From Candidatus Kuenenia sp. (GTDB lineage: Bacteria; Planctomycetota; Brocadiia; Brocadiales; Brocadiaceae): DNA of 32,000 nucleotides. Below the pieces are notes generated by a model, which was not told the origin of the DNA, ran no database searches, and was given only the letters and a program-made list of their open reading frames with translations. The stretch is from NCBI RefSeq assembly GCF_039794105.1, contig NZ_JBDIWA010000009.1, forward strand, positions 342 through 32,341. The letters run 5' to 3'. This document shows, in pieces, positions 10,551-20,650 of this stretch. Both the position numbers and the translations under genes were made by a program. Positions within the stretch are counted from its first letter, which is position 1. Each line of letters starts with the position of its first letter.

Positions 10551-11162
10551 TCAGAAACGTACATACCCGTTTTCTTCGAGGTATTTTAAAATAGCCATGG
10601 TTGATTCTTCTACCGGCATTAGCGATGTATCAATGGTCAGCTCGGGGTTGGAGGGTTCCTCATAAGGCGCAGATATACCCGTAAATTCTTTTATTTCTCC
10701 AGCCCTGGCTTTTTTATAGAGACCTTTTACATCGCGTTGTTCGCACACGTTAATCGGACATTTTACATAAATTTCTATAAATTCCCCTTCGTTCTGCAAT
10801 TTCCTCGCATTATCTCTGTCTTCTTTATAAGGAGAGATAAAGGCGGTTATTGTTATTATATTTGCGTCAGTAAAAAGTTTGGCGACCTCTCCAATACGCC
10901 GAATATTTTCTGCGCGGTCTTCGGGAGAAAACCCAAGGTTCTTATTAAGGCCGTGGCGTATATTGTCGCCATCGAGGATATATGCCTGATGTTTATTTTC
11001 AACAAGAGCGTGTTCAAGCTCTACGGCAATGGTAGATTTCCCAGACCCAGAAAGACCCGTGAGCCAGATAGTGACTCCCTTTTGTTTCATCATCTCTATT
11101 CTGTGCGCCTTTGTAATCTTGCCATGATGCCATTTTATGTTCGTAGCCTTCTGGTCTGACAT
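10551..11162 (-). CDS. cysC: Adenylyl-sulfate (APS) kinase
   Basis: [13 protein letters not shown]-loop, [17 protein letters not shown] motifs, about 200 aa. Strong SD AAGGAGA upstream. Confidence 0.95.
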   Translation of the reverse strand: MSDQKATNIKWHHGKITKAHRIEMMKQKGVTIWLTGLSGSGKSTIAVELEHALVENKHQAYILDGDNIRHGLNKNLGFSPEDRAENIRRIGEVAKLFTDANIITITAFISPYKEDRDNARKLQNEGEFIEIYVKCPINVCEQRDVKGLYKKARAGEIKEFTGISAPYEEPSNPELTIDTSLMPVEESTMAILKYLEENGYVRF

Positions 11163-11614
11163 TTCATCTCCTTATTGATAAGCGAAAGTATTAAATAATT
11201 AAAGTATGAGCCCCCTGCTGGCGACCAAATAAATTCATGGATTCAGACGGCAAGAACCCGCCGTGATTGACTCATTTGAATTTGAAAATGTTGCGTGACT
11301 GTTGCACTTGTTGGCAGTAATTTCATGCTGCACGGTTGAAAACAAATTTCCAAACAAGATAAATGTTTTATGGAGTACATAATTGATAAAATGAAGTTTT
11401 GTAAATACTATAGAACCTATTGTAAAAATGCAAACTTTTTTCACCTGTATTTGTCGCAGAATAAGAATAGTTGGAGGTTTTTTCCCTGAAGAATGTTCTC
11501 TTTCATTCTGACAAATATTTGATACTATGAGATTACGCTTCGTTTTCGGTAAAAGCAGTAAACGTGTATTAACAAATATCTTCAAAATTACAACATGTAA
11601 GGAGGGGCGCGAGT

Positions 11615-12247
11615 ATGAATAATTATTTGATTCCGTTATTTATATTAATTGTTTTAGGAATAAATGGCGCATTGTGTGGTGAAAGTAAAAATAGCGATAG
11701 TGATACAACTCATGAAAAATATGAAAGGGCTACCTTTGCCGGGGGTTGTTTTTGGTGTATGCAGCATCCCTTCGACCAATTAGAGGGCGTGATTTCCACT
11801 GCTGTAGGATATACCGGCGGCAATGTTGAGAATCCTGCCTATGAGGAGGTATCTTCCGGCAGGACGGGCCATGCAGAAGCGATAGAGATCCGGTATGACC
11901 CCTCGCTCATTTCTTACGCGTCTCTTTTGCAAGTATTTTGGAGAAATATTGATCCTACTGCAATGAACAGGCAATTTGCTGACGTAGGGTCTCAATACCG
12001 AACGGCAATCTTTTATCATACGGAGGAACAGAAAAATCTTGCCGAGTCGTCAAAAAAAGAGTTGGAGAAATCGGGAAAATTTAATAAGCCAATTGTCACG
12101 GAAATTGTGCCTGCTTCGGCATTTTACAAGGCGGAAGATTATCATCAGAAATATTATGAGAAAAACCCGACACAGTACAACAAGTATAAATATGGATCTG
12201 GAAGGGAGCGGTATTTAAAAGAGACGTGGGAAAAGGACGCAAAGTAA
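11615..12247 (+). CDS. msrA: Peptide-methionine (S)-S-oxide reductase MsrA with N-terminal signal peptide
   Basis: GGCFWC active-site motif, GYTGG, GHAEA. The N-terminal hydrophobic leader MNNYLIPLFILIVLGINGALCG suggests export. SD AAGGAGG upstream. Confidence 0.95.
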   Translation: MNNYLIPLFILIVLGINGALCGESKNSDSDTTHEKYERATFAGGCFWCMQHPFDQLEGVISTAVGYTGGNVENPAYEEVSSGRTGHAEAIEIRYDPSLISYASLLQVFWRNIDPTAMNRQFADVGSQYRTAIFYHTEEQKNLAESSKKELEKSGKFNKPIVTEIVPASAFYKAEDYHQKYYEKNPTQYNKYKYGSGRERYLKETWEKDAK

Positions 12248-12291
12248 AATAGCGTTTCTCTGTGTTCTTCAATGAAATAGTGTTTTTTGTT

Positions 12292-14118
12292 TTATTCTAC
12301 CGTCACGCTCTTTGCCAGATTTCTTGGTTTGTCCACATCGCAACCACGTAAGACTGCCATATGGTATGCAAGTAATTGGAGGGGAATTACCGAAAGAATT
12401 GGTATCAGAACGCCTGTAGTTTCCGGGATATGGAATACATGATCAACCTTTTTGGCAATTTCTCTGTCACCTTCCGTTGCAATTGCAATGACTTTTCCAC
12501 CCCTTGATTTCACTTCTTCAATGTTGTTGAGTATTTTTCCATACGTACTGTCTTTTGTTGCGATAAATATTACCGGCATATTTTTGTCAATAAGGGCAAT
12601 GGGGCCGTGTTTCATTTCAGCCGCGGGATAGCCCTCTGCGTGGATATATGAGATTTCCTTTAATTTAAGGGCGCCCTCAAGCGCTACGGGATAGTTGAAT
12701 CCTCTACCAAGATAGAGGGCGTGGTTAGTGTGTTTGTAGATTTTCGCGATTTCACCTATTTCCTTTTCTCTGTCGAGAATGGTTTGTATCTTATCAGGGA
12801 TAGTCCTGATGGCGGAAATCATTTCAGGCGGAATGGCATAGTCTTTGTTTTTCAGGAGCAGCAGGTAAAGGGAAAACAAATAGAACGCGGCTATCTGTGC
12901 AGTAAATGCCTTTGTGGATGCAACCCCTATTTCCGGGCCGATATGCAGGTAAATTCCCGATCCTGCCTCACGGGCAATGCTGCTTCCGACAACATTGCAG
13001 ATAGACAGCATTGCTGCCCCCTTTCCCTTTGCCTGGCGCATAGCCGCCAATGTATCCGCTGTTTCCCCCGATTGACTGATGGCGATTACTATGGTGTTCT
13101 TTTCTATAATGGGATTACGATAACGAAATTCAGATGCATATTCCACTTCGACGGGAAGCCTGACCAACTCTTCCAGCATATACTCTCCGACCAATCCGGC
13201 ATGCCAGGACGTTCCGCACGCAATAATGATAATCCGTTTTGCTTCTAAAAGTTCTTTTTCCCGGTTAATGAGCCCGCCTAATTTTATCGGACCGCGGTTT
13301 CCGTCCACCCTACCTCTCATAAGGTTGAGGAGCGCCTGGGGCTGTTCGTGGATTTCTTTCAGCATGAAGTGTTTGTAACCGCCTTTTTCGATCATATCAA
13401 TATTCCACAACACCTCTTCCGTTTTTTTATAGGTAGGGATATTTTGTATGGTCTTTGTTTTGTAACCTTCGGGAGTGAGGATTGCTATCTCATTATCATC
13501 CAGGTACATTACTTCCCGTGTATGTTCCAGTGAGGCGGACACGTCAGAAGTAATGAAATATTCATGGTCGCCAATCCCCAGTATTAACGGCGATCCATTT
13601 CTTGCCGCTACGATTTTTTCGGGATCTTTTGAAGAAATAGCTGCAAGTCCATACGTTCCTTCCACTTTCTTCAGGGCTTCCATGACAGCGGTTTCAAGAT
13701 TATCCCGGTAATGTTCCTCGATAAGATGTGCCAGCACCTCGGTATCTGTTTGGCTTTTGAATGTATGGCCGTTTTGCTGCAATTTTAGTTTCAAATAGTC
13801 ATAATTCTCAATGATCCCATTATGCACCACTGCGATTTCGTTATGGCAATCAAAGTGGGGATGCGCATTTTCAAAAGTCGGTGCACCATGGGTCGCCCAT
13901 CGTGTATGAACAATCCCTGCATGTGAAATACAGGCATGACCACTTAATTTTTCTTCCAGCATTGCAATTTTTCCAACAGCCTTCTCGCAGCGCAGGGAAC
14001 CGTTTTCAAAAAAGGCAATCCCGGAAGAATCATAGCCGCGATATTCCAGCCTTTTGATGCCATGCATCAAAACATTGAGGGCATTTTTAGGTCCAATATA
14101 CCCGACAATTCCACACAT
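12292..14118 (-). CDS. glmS: Glutamine--fructose-6-phosphate aminotransferase (isomerizing)
   Basis: MCGIVGY N-terminal nucleophile, two SIS domains, C-terminal ...KPRNLAKSVTVE, 608 aa. Confidence 0.97.
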   Translation of the reverse strand: MCGIVGYIGPKNALNVLMHGIKRLEYRGYDSSGIAFFENGSLRCEKAVGKIAMLEEKLSGHACISHAGIVHTRWATHGAPTFENAHPHFDCHNEIAVVHNGIIENYDYLKLKLQQNGHTFKSQTDTEVLAHLIEEHYRDNLETAVMEALKKVEGTYGLAAISSKDPEKIVAARNGSPLILGIGDHEYFITSDVSASLEHTREVMYLDDNEIAILTPEGYKTKTIQNIPTYKKTEEVLWNIDMIEKGGYKHFMLKEIHEQPQALLNLMRGRVDGNRGPIKLGGLINREKELLEAKRIIIIACGTSWHAGLVGEYMLEELVRLPVEVEYASEFRYRNPIIEKNTIVIAISQSGETADTLAAMRQAKGKGAAMLSICNVVGSSIAREAGSGIYLHIGPEIGVASTKAFTAQIAAFYLFSLYLLLLKNKDYAIPPEMISAIRTIPDKIQTILDREKEIGEIAKIYKHTNHALYLGRGFNYPVALEGALKLKEISYIHAEGYPAAEMKHGPIALIDKNMPVIFIATKDSTYGKILNNIEEVKSRGGKVIAIATEGDREIAKKVDHVFHIPETTGVLIPILSVIPLQLLAYHMAVLRGCDVDKPRNLAKSVTVE

Positions 14119-14138
14119 ATACGATTTCCTCTCCTGGG

Positions 14139-15146
14139 TTACGATGTATGCATTACTTTTTTAATCGCCTGATACATTTCGGGCAGTTTTCTCAATAACA
14201 CCTGTATTCGCTTTTCTTCATGTATCGCCTTTGCCGGAGCACCCCAGACAACAGCGCCCGGTTTGAGGCTTTTATAGACCTTCGATCCTCCCCCGATAAC
14301 GCAATTATCCCCGATTATTGCATGGTCAGTAATGCCTACGTCTTCGGCAACCATAACATTTTTACCGATTTTTACGCTGCCGGCAATTTTTGCATAGCCT
14401 ACAAGCATTGTATTATCCCCGATTTCCACATTATGCGCGATATGCGAATGATTGTCTATTTTTACGCCGTTTCCGATGATTGTTTTATCAATGGCGGCGC
14501 GGCAAACAGTTACCATTGATCCGATTTCTACATCATCACCAATTTCCACCGTTCCGATTTGGGGGATCTTGATGTGCTTTTTTTCCATTTGCAGATAACC
14601 GAAACCATCATCGCCAATAACACTGTTACAATGAATAATTACCCTTCTGCCAATACTACATTTTTCCCTGATAGAGACATTCGCATAAATAAGGGCATTG
14701 TCTCCGATCTTGCAATCCTTTCCAATAAACGTACCGGGATAAATGACAACATTGTTTCCAATTACAGCGTTATCTTCTATCACAACATACGCGCCAATAG
14801 ACGCATCCTTGCCAATTGCAGCGCTGCTGCTGATAATTGCAGAAGGATGGATGATTGCCTGGCGGGCAAATCTCTTTTTTGCAGCATCGCCCAGGAGGAG
14901 GGTAAATGCAAAAAACGGATTTTGCAGTATGATGCAGGGTTTTTTTAAGGCGGGAATTTCCCGATGTACTACAAATGCAGAAGCCTGAGAAGACTGAGAC
15001 TGCCTGATGAGCGTATCATTTTTAACAAAAGAAATATCACCTTCCCTCGCATTTTCAATGCCGGCAATACCGGTAATAACGGTTCCCCCCTCGCCAAGGA
15101 TTTTGCCACCTATGATTGATTGAATTTGGTGTAGGGTGTATTTCAT
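14139..15146 (-). CDS. lpxD: UDP-3-O-acylglucosamine N-acyltransferase
   Basis: N-terminal LpxD-type domain followed by a long left-handed beta-helix of hexapeptide repeats (IGxxxxIxxxxxIG...), 335 aa. Confidence 0.9.
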   Translation of the reverse strand: MKYTLHQIQSIIGGKILGEGGTVITGIAGIENAREGDISFVKNDTLIRQSQSSQASAFVVHREIPALKKPCIILQNPFFAFTLLLGDAAKKRFARQAIIHPSAIISSSAAIGKDASIGAYVVIEDNAVIGNNVVIYPGTFIGKDCKIGDNALIYANVSIREKCSIGRRVIIHCNSVIGDDGFGYLQMEKKHIKIPQIGTVEIGDDVEIGSMVTVCRAAIDKTIIGNGVKIDNHSHIAHNVEIGDNTMLVGYAKIAGSVKIGKNVMVAEDVGITDHAIIGDNCVIGGGSKVYKSLKPGAVVWGAPAKAIHEEKRIQVLLRKLPEMYQAIKKVMHTS

Positions 15147-15323
15147 GATGTATGGACAAAGAAGCCTATTTTTCTAAAAATATTTAAAGACTTCCGTTAT
15201 TAAATTATTTCACTAATTCAAAGAAAACACATGACGTGATGAAAAATCGGTTTAAAATTGATGTAAACAAAAAACGAAATATATTGACAGGGGAATGATT
15301 GCGGAGTGTTGATACGTTCATAT

Positions 15324-15358
15324 GACAATTGACAATTGACAATTGATAATTGATAATT
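15324..15358. repeat. Heptamer tandem array, 5 x 7 bp (GACAATT x3, GATAATT x2)
   Basis: Read directly. Same unit length, same copy number and the shared CAATT core as the array at 2574-2608. It abuts the long palindrome at 15363. Confidence 0.9.
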
Positions 15359-15362
15359 GTCC

Positions 15363-15413
15363 AAACAAATTCTAATGACAAAATGCAAATCATTTTGTCA
15401 TTAGAATTTGTTT
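15363..15413. repeat. Perfect 23-bp-stem palindrome/hairpin with a 5-nt loop
   Basis: AAACAAATTCTAATGACAAAATG (15363-15385), CAAAT loop, CATTTTGTCATTAGAATTTGTTT (15391-15413). Lies 100 nt downstream of the fabF stop. One arm plus flank recurs at 25149-25200. Confidence 0.9.
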
Positions 15414-15512
15414 CGTATTTCATGATTCGAATTTCACGAATAAGTATTTTGACAAAAAGTGCAAAGAAATAACTTTTAAGGAACTATTGTTCCGCTTTTA
15501 ATACATTATATT

Positions 15513-16757
15513 TTATACTTTGCCAAGTATGATGGTCGCATTATGTCCACCAAAGCCAAATGAATTAGATAGTGTCTTCTGAATCTTTTTTTCGCGTGCT
15601 TCGTTAGGAACAAAATCAAGTCCAGAGCACTGCGGATCAGGGGTTTCATAATTTATTGTTGGGGGAATAATTCCCTCATTCAGTGCAAACGCACAAATGA
15701 TAATTTCTACGCTTCCCGAAGCACCAAGCTGGTGTCCTAGCATAGACTTGGTAGAACTCACGGGAATTTTTGAGGCATGGTCGCCAAAAACCTTCTTAAT
15801 GGCCACCACCTCTATCTGATCTCCAAGCGGAGTAGACGTCGCATGGGCGTTTATGTAATCTATAGATTCAGCGCCGCATCCGGCGTCGTTTAGAGCATGT
15901 GCCATGCACCGTATCGCTCCCTCGCCGTTGCTATTGGGAGCTGCAATATGGTATGCATCAGCAGTCATTCCGTATCCCAATATCTCCGCATAGATTGTTG
16001 CCCCTCTTTTTTTGGCAGCCTCCAGTTCTTCGATAACGACTATTCCCGCCCCTTCAGAGATGACAAAGCCGTCACGGTTTTTATCAAATGGACGGCTTGC
16101 TTTCTGCGGTTCACTATTGTGGGTAGACAATGCCTTCATTGCGCCAAACCCGGCTACAGCTAAAGGGGTAATAACCGCCTCAGAACTTCCTGTAATCATG
16201 ATGTCTGCGTCGCCTCTCTGAATTACCCGCACTGCTTCCCCTATGGAGATTACCCCTGTTGTGCAAGCGGCAACTACTGCAAAATTAGGGCCTCTTAAAC
16301 CATACCGGATTGCCGCATGTGCGGAAGCTGCGTTCGCCATTAGTTTAGGAACCATGAAAGGGGAAACCCTTGACGGCCCTTTATTTAACAGATTTTTGTG
16401 TTGCGCCTCAAATTCCAAAAGACCACCCATACCGGACCCTATAAAGACACCAACACGCGCGGTATCGATTGCGTCAAAGTTTAAACCCGCATCTGTTACT
16501 GCAATATCGGTCGCCGCTATCGCGAATTGTGAAAATCTGTCCAGTCTCCTGGCCTCTTTGGTATCAAGCCACTCTGCCGGGTTAAAATCGCTTACTTCGC
16601 CGCCAAATTTCACCTCAAATACAGTAGTATCAAAAGAAGTAATGGGTTTAATGCCGCTTTCACCGTTGCACAATGCAGACCAGAGTTCCTTTTTTTCTCT
16701 CCCCAGAGAAGTTATTGCTCCGGTCCCCGTAATGACGACCCTTTTTCTTCCATGCAT
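15513..16757 (-). CDS. fabF: Beta-ketoacyl-ACP synthase II
   Basis: KAS I/II fold motifs: AACTTG (active-site Cys), NAHATSTPLGD, GHQLGASG, C-terminal FGFGGHNA. The ATG directly abuts the acpP stop. Confidence 0.95.
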   Translation of the reverse strand: MHGRKRVVITGTGAITSLGREKKELWSALCNGESGIKPITSFDTTVFEVKFGGEVSDFNPAEWLDTKEARRLDRFSQFAIAATDIAVTDAGLNFDAIDTARVGVFIGSGMGGLLEFEAQHKNLLNKGPSRVSPFMVPKLMANAASAHAAIRYGLRGPNFAVVAACTTGVISIGEAVRVIQRGDADIMITGSSEAVITPLAVAGFGAMKALSTHNSEPQKASRPFDKNRDGFVISEGAGIVVIEELEAAKKRGATIYAEILGYGMTADAYHIAAPNSNGEGAIRCMAHALNDAGCGAESIDYINAHATSTPLGDQIEVVAIKKVFGDHASKIPVSSTKSMLGHQLGASGSVEIIICAFALNEGIIPPTINYETPDPQCSGLDFVPNEAREKKIQKTLSNSFGFGGHNATIILGKV

Positions 16758-16991
16758 TTATTTGTGTTCCTCTATATATTTAACTGCATCTCCCACCGTA
16801 CGTATTTTTTCAGCATCTTCATCAGGAATATTCATATCAAAGGCGTCTTCAAATTCCATAATTAGTTCCACTGTATCGAGCGAATCTGCGCCTAAATCAT
16901 TGATAAAGGATGTTTCAGGTGTTATCTGTTCCGCTTTTACCCCCATTTGTTTTGTGATAATTTCTCTTACTTTTTCTCCGACGGACGTCAC
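16758..16991 (-). CDS. acpP: Acyl carrier protein
   Basis: 77 aa with the [16 protein letters not shown] phosphopantetheine attachment motif (DSL). Confidence 0.95.
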   Translation of the reverse strand: MTSVGEKVREIITKQMGVKAEQITPETSFINDLGADSLDTVELIMEFEDAFDMNIPDEDAEKIRTVGDAVKYIEEHK

Positions 16992-17035
16992 GATTTTTAC
17001 CTCCTTGTTAAAGACAATTCAAATTTATTGCGCAA

Positions 17036-17956
17036 TTAAAGATCTGCTATTGTGCTAACACTTTTGACTTGCTGAGCAGGATCAATTTTTTTCATAAGTC
17101 CCGACAAGGTTTTTCCAGGCCCTATTTCATAAAATTGAGAAAATCCATCCTGTATCAGTTTCTGCATAGATTGATACCATTTGACAGGACTGTTTAGCTG
17201 TTTTATCAGAGCTGTTCTTATTTCCTCCGGATTGGAAACATACTCTGCGTTAATGTTTGCAACTACGGGAATTCCGGGTTTTGAGATAACCGTTGATTCC
17301 AGTTCGGAATAAAGCTTGTCACTGGCAGGAGTCATTAGGCCGGAATGAAATGCACCCTGCACTTTTAGCGGGATTACCATCCTGGCGCCTCTTCCTTTTG
17401 CCAATAGAGCCGCCCGTTCCAGTACATTTGATTCTCCTGATATTACTACCTGTCCAGGGCTATTATAATTTGCGGCGCAGATTACACCAAACGGTTTCAA
17501 TTCCCTGCAAATATGTTCTATTTTATCATCTTCCAGTCCAATGACAGAAGCCATTCCTCCGGAACTTTTCTCACAGGCCTCCTGCATATATGTACCACGC
17601 TTATACACCAGTTTTACCGCATCTGCAAAAGCAACAGAACCTGCCGATACATGTGCGGTGTATTCCCCCAAGCTCAGCCCGGCAACCGCATCACAGGTGG
17701 TTTTCTCAAAAAAAGAAATTTCCTTCAACACTTCAAGTATTGCAATGGAAGTCACCAATATAGCCGGCTGACTAAGAGACGTCTTGTTTAATTCCTCCTG
17801 ATTTCCCTCAAAACATAAAGATGCAAGGTCAAATCCTAACGCATCATTTGCCTGGTTGTAAATTTCGCGAGCTTCTTTGTATTCATTGTAAAAATCTTTC
17901 CCCATGCCCACCAATTGGGTACCCTGGCCGGGGAAAAGAAAGGCTGTTTTCCGCAT
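17036..17956 (-). CDS. fabD: Malonyl-CoA:ACP transacylase
   Basis: FPGQGTQ, GLSLGEY (active-site Ser), VISG and GAFHS motifs, 306 aa. Confidence 0.95.
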   Translation of the reverse strand: MRKTAFLFPGQGTQLVGMGKDFYNEYKEAREIYNQANDALGFDLASLCFEGNQEELNKTSLSQPAILVTSIAILEVLKEISFFEKTTCDAVAGLSLGEYTAHVSAGSVAFADAVKLVYKRGTYMQEACEKSSGGMASVIGLEDDKIEHICRELKPFGVICAANYNSPGQVVISGESNVLERAALLAKGRGARMVIPLKVQGAFHSGLMTPASDKLYSELESTVISKPGIPVVANINAEYVSNPEEIRTALIKQLNSPVKWYQSMQKLIQDGFSQFYEIGPGKTLSGLMKKIDPAQQVKSVSTIADL

Positions 17957-17962
17957 AATACT

Positions 17963-18958
17963 TTACCACCTAATAACACATGATCCCCACGTCAATCCTC
18001 CCCCGAAAGCTACCAACATCACTAAATCGCCTTTCCTGAGTCTTCCTTCCTGCTGCGCCTCATCAATTGCTATGGGAACTGAAGCAGAAGATGTATTCCC
18101 ATATTTATCAATATTTACAAATGCCTTTTCCATGGGCAGCTTCAGTCTTTCCATGGTTGCTTCAATGATTCTCAGATTGCTTTGATGGGGGATAATTAAA
18201 TCGATATCCTGAACAGCAAAACCATTTTTTTGTGCAGTTTCTATCACCAGGTTGGTAATGGTATTAATTGCGAGTTTAAAGACTTCTTTTCCTTTAAACC
18301 GGATATAATGCAACCTTTCTTGCACCGACTCTGTAGTTGCAGGGTGTTTTGAGCCGCCGCCCGGTATTATAAGTACGTCAGCATACGTTCCGTCAGAGAC
18401 CACTCGTGTGTCTAATATTTGATGTTTTTCCTTATTGTTTTGAAGTACGACTGCGCCAGCCCCGTCCCCAAACAAAATACAGGTAGCCCGGTCTGTATAG
18501 TCGGTAATCTTTGATAAACATTCTGCGCCCACCACTAAAACAGTTTTCGCAGCTCCCGAATTTATAACACTTTGCCCTATGGAAAGTGCGTACACAAATC
18601 CGGCACAAGCCGCTGAAATATCAAATGCGCTTGCATGGACAGCGCCAATTTGCTTTTGCAAACAACAGGAAGTGGAAGGAAAAAGGTAGTCGGGGGTAAT
18701 GGTGGAAGTAATAATCATATCGATTTCTTCCGCTGATATCCCGGCATTTTCTATTGCTTTTAACGAAGCTATGGCGCCAAGATCTGATGTTGTCACCCCA
18801 TTCTCAACAATACGACGCTCCCTTATTCCTGTCCGTTGCAGAATCCAATCGTCCGTAGTGTCTACCAATTTTTCCAGAGCATGATTGGTTAATATCTTTT
18901 CAGGAAGGTATGACCCCACCCCTGTTATCGATGCTATTTGATTTTGGTGTACGTTCAA
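17963..18958 (-). CDS. fabH: Beta-ketoacyl-ACP synthase III
   Basis: AACAGF active-site Cys, HQSN(L)RI and GNTSSASVP motifs, C-terminal GGGLTWG. Confidence 0.95.
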   Translation of the reverse strand: MNVHQNQIASITGVGSYLPEKILTNHALEKLVDTTDDWILQRTGIRERRIVENGVTTSDLGAIASLKAIENAGISAEEIDMIITSTITPDYLFPSTSCCLQKQIGAVHASAFDISAACAGFVYALSIGQSVINSGAAKTVLVVGAECLSKITDYTDRATCILFGDGAGAVVLQNNKEKHQILDTRVVSDGTYADVLIIPGGGSKHPATTESVQERLHYIRFKGKEVFKLAINTITNLVIETAQKNGFAVQDIDLIIPHQSNLRIIEATMERLKLPMEKAFVNIDKYGNTSSASVPIAIDEAQQEGRLRKGDLVMLVAFGGGLTWGSCVIRW

Positions 18959-18997
18959 TTTCTCATTGCCCAGAGAAGGTGCAAAGCCTTTAAAAAC

Positions 18998-20029
18998 TTA
19001 AGCAACTTCTGCCGTAAGTGTATTGGATTTTTCCAGTTCCGAAATAATATGCCCGTTAACTGCTGTTTTTGTTAATTTCAATGCCGCCTTTATGGCATTT
19101 TGTATAGCCCGCGCGTCAGATCTCCCGTGGCAAATAATACAAACGCCATTTACCCCCAGCAATGGAACGCCTCCGTATTCGGCAAAATCCATTTTTGCCT
19201 TTAACGATTGGAAAACCGGTTTGCACAAAAGCAGTCCAAGTTTTGCCCAAAACCTGTTCATCGATTCTGCTTTTATCGTGGTAAGAAGGTTCTTCGCCAT
19301 CCCCTCCGCAAATTTCAATATTACATTTCCCACAAACCCTTCACAAACGACGACGTCTGCCTTGCCATCAAATATCTCACGGCTTTCAATATTCCCGATA
19401 AAATTTAAATGTGAGTTGGAAAGAAGCGAAAAGGTTTCCCTGACCAGATCGTTTCCCTTTGCGTCCTCTTCTCCTATATTGAGAAGCCCAACCCTGGGAT
19501 TTTCTTTATTCATGAGGTGCTTGCAGACCGTTGACGCCATAATTCCATACTGATACAAGTGTAAAGGCTTGCAACTGATATTGGCGCCTGCATCGATAAT
19601 CAGACATGATCCATAAAGGGTGGGAAGGGATATCGCAATGCCTGGACGGCGAATGCCTTTCAATGTTTTCATATGTAGCATTGCCGCCGCTACCGTTGCC
19701 CCCGTATGCCCCGCACTGACGAGTGCATCAGCTTTCCCCTTAGCAACCAATTCAACACTTTGCGTAATGGAAGAGTTTATCTTTTGCCGTATGGAATGCG
19801 TTGCAGGATCCTCCATGCCGACTATTTGAGCCGCATGATGAATGGTTATATTTTTGGGAATGGTTCCGCCAAGATGTAATTCGTGTTTAATTCTGTTTTC
19901 GTCACCGACCAATATAATCTCAGCATCAGACACCTGTTGCGCAGCCAGGACAGAGCCTTTGACAATTTCTTGCGGCGCCTTATCCCCGCCCATGGCGTCT
20001 ACCGCAATCCTCATAAACTTACCTTTCAA
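18998..20029 (-). CDS. plsX: Phosphate acyltransferase PlsX
   Basis: RIAVDAMGGD start region, GHTGA and HGRS motifs. The true start may be the second Met (MRIAVD...), 15 nt downstream of the ORF-track start. Confidence 0.95.
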   Translation of the reverse strand: MKGKFMRIAVDAMGGDKAPQEIVKGSVLAAQQVSDAEIILVGDENRIKHELHLGGTIPKNITIHHAAQIVGMEDPATHSIRQKINSSITQSVELVAKGKADALVSAGHTGATVAAAMLHMKTLKGIRRPGIAISLPTLYGSCLIIDAGANISCKPLHLYQYGIMASTVCKHLMNKENPRVGLLNIGEEDAKGNDLVRETFSLLSNSHLNFIGNIESREIFDGKADVVVCEGFVGNVILKFAEGMAKNLLTTIKAESMNRFWAKLGLLLCKPVFQSLKAKMDFAEYGGVPLLGVNGVCIICHGRSDARAIQNAIKAALKLTKTAVNGHIISELEKSNTLTAEVA

Positions 20030-20246
20030 CAGAAATTACCTGCCTGCCCCGGTAATATCCGCAGTTATGGCATACTGTATGCGGTTGATTTACTTGTTTA
20101 CAGTGCGAACAAACATAACGTTTGGAGCGGATACGCCCCCCCTTTTCTAAATTTTTATCTAACGGAAAAACTGGAGCCGTAAGTTTATCGTGCGTACGTC
20201 TTTTACGTGTTCTTGAGTTAGAATGTCTCCTCTTTGGATTAGCCAT
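20019..20246 (-). CDS. rpmF: 50S ribosomal protein L32 (zinc-ribbon type, unusually long)
   Basis: MANPKRRHSNSRTRKRRTHDKL N-terminus and CSHC...CHNCGYYRGRQV zinc ribbon. Conserved rpmF-plsX arrangement. Confidence 0.85.
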   Translation of the reverse strand: MANPKRRHSNSRTRKRRTHDKLTAPVFPLDKNLEKGGRIRSKRYVCSHCKQVNQPHTVCHNCGYYRGRQVISVER

Positions 20247-20650
20247 TTAAAACCTCATTGTTAAAAATTTATTTAATAGTTTACACAGAACTGATTCAGC
20301 AATGCTGGAATATACATATAGTTATTTCACCGGATTTTGCCAATAATACCGGAAATACTTTCTCCCTGATGCGTTCATTTTATAGAAGCAGGATTATACA
20401 CATTATTTTTTAAATTAACAATACTATTTATAGGCGTCCGGCCTCAACACCGGCAAAATTTTACCAGTGCGGTGGTTTGCTTCCTTTTTGGAAAAAACAC
20501 AGATAATTACTATCACTGCAATGACAAAAAAAACTCAAGTCTTTGAAGTACAAAATTATATGTGCCAAAAGGACAAATTGCAAAAAAATTAAGGCAACAA
20601 TCTGGTTTTTTGAAAAATCTCAATAAAATTAAAGGTCGCCATCTTTTTAC

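Noticed and set aside
11235-11585. 116-aa minus-strand ORF in the cysC/msrA divergent intergenic region
   Set aside because: It has a TTG start with no SD and an AT-rich junk-like composition with no motifs. cysC has its own strong SD further downstream.
15205-15423. 72-aa minus-strand ORF (and the 113-aa ORF at 25037-25378)
   Set aside because: Both are translations of the heptamer array, palindrome and dispersed repeats (QLSIVNCH..., VETGLKPVST...). Repeat DNA explains them better.
16243-17058. 271-aa plus-strand ORF
   Set aside because: It is entirely antisense to the unmistakable fabF and acpP genes. The product is low-complexity and Ser/Ala/Ile-rich, with no SD. It is a typical shadow ORF.
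19023-19553. 176-aa plus-strand ORF (likewise 12721-13248, 14559-14948, 22463-22792 and the other listed antisense ORFs)
   Set aside because: They are antisense to strongly supported genes (plsX, glmS, lpxD, alaS). They have no recognisable motifs and no ribosome-binding sites.
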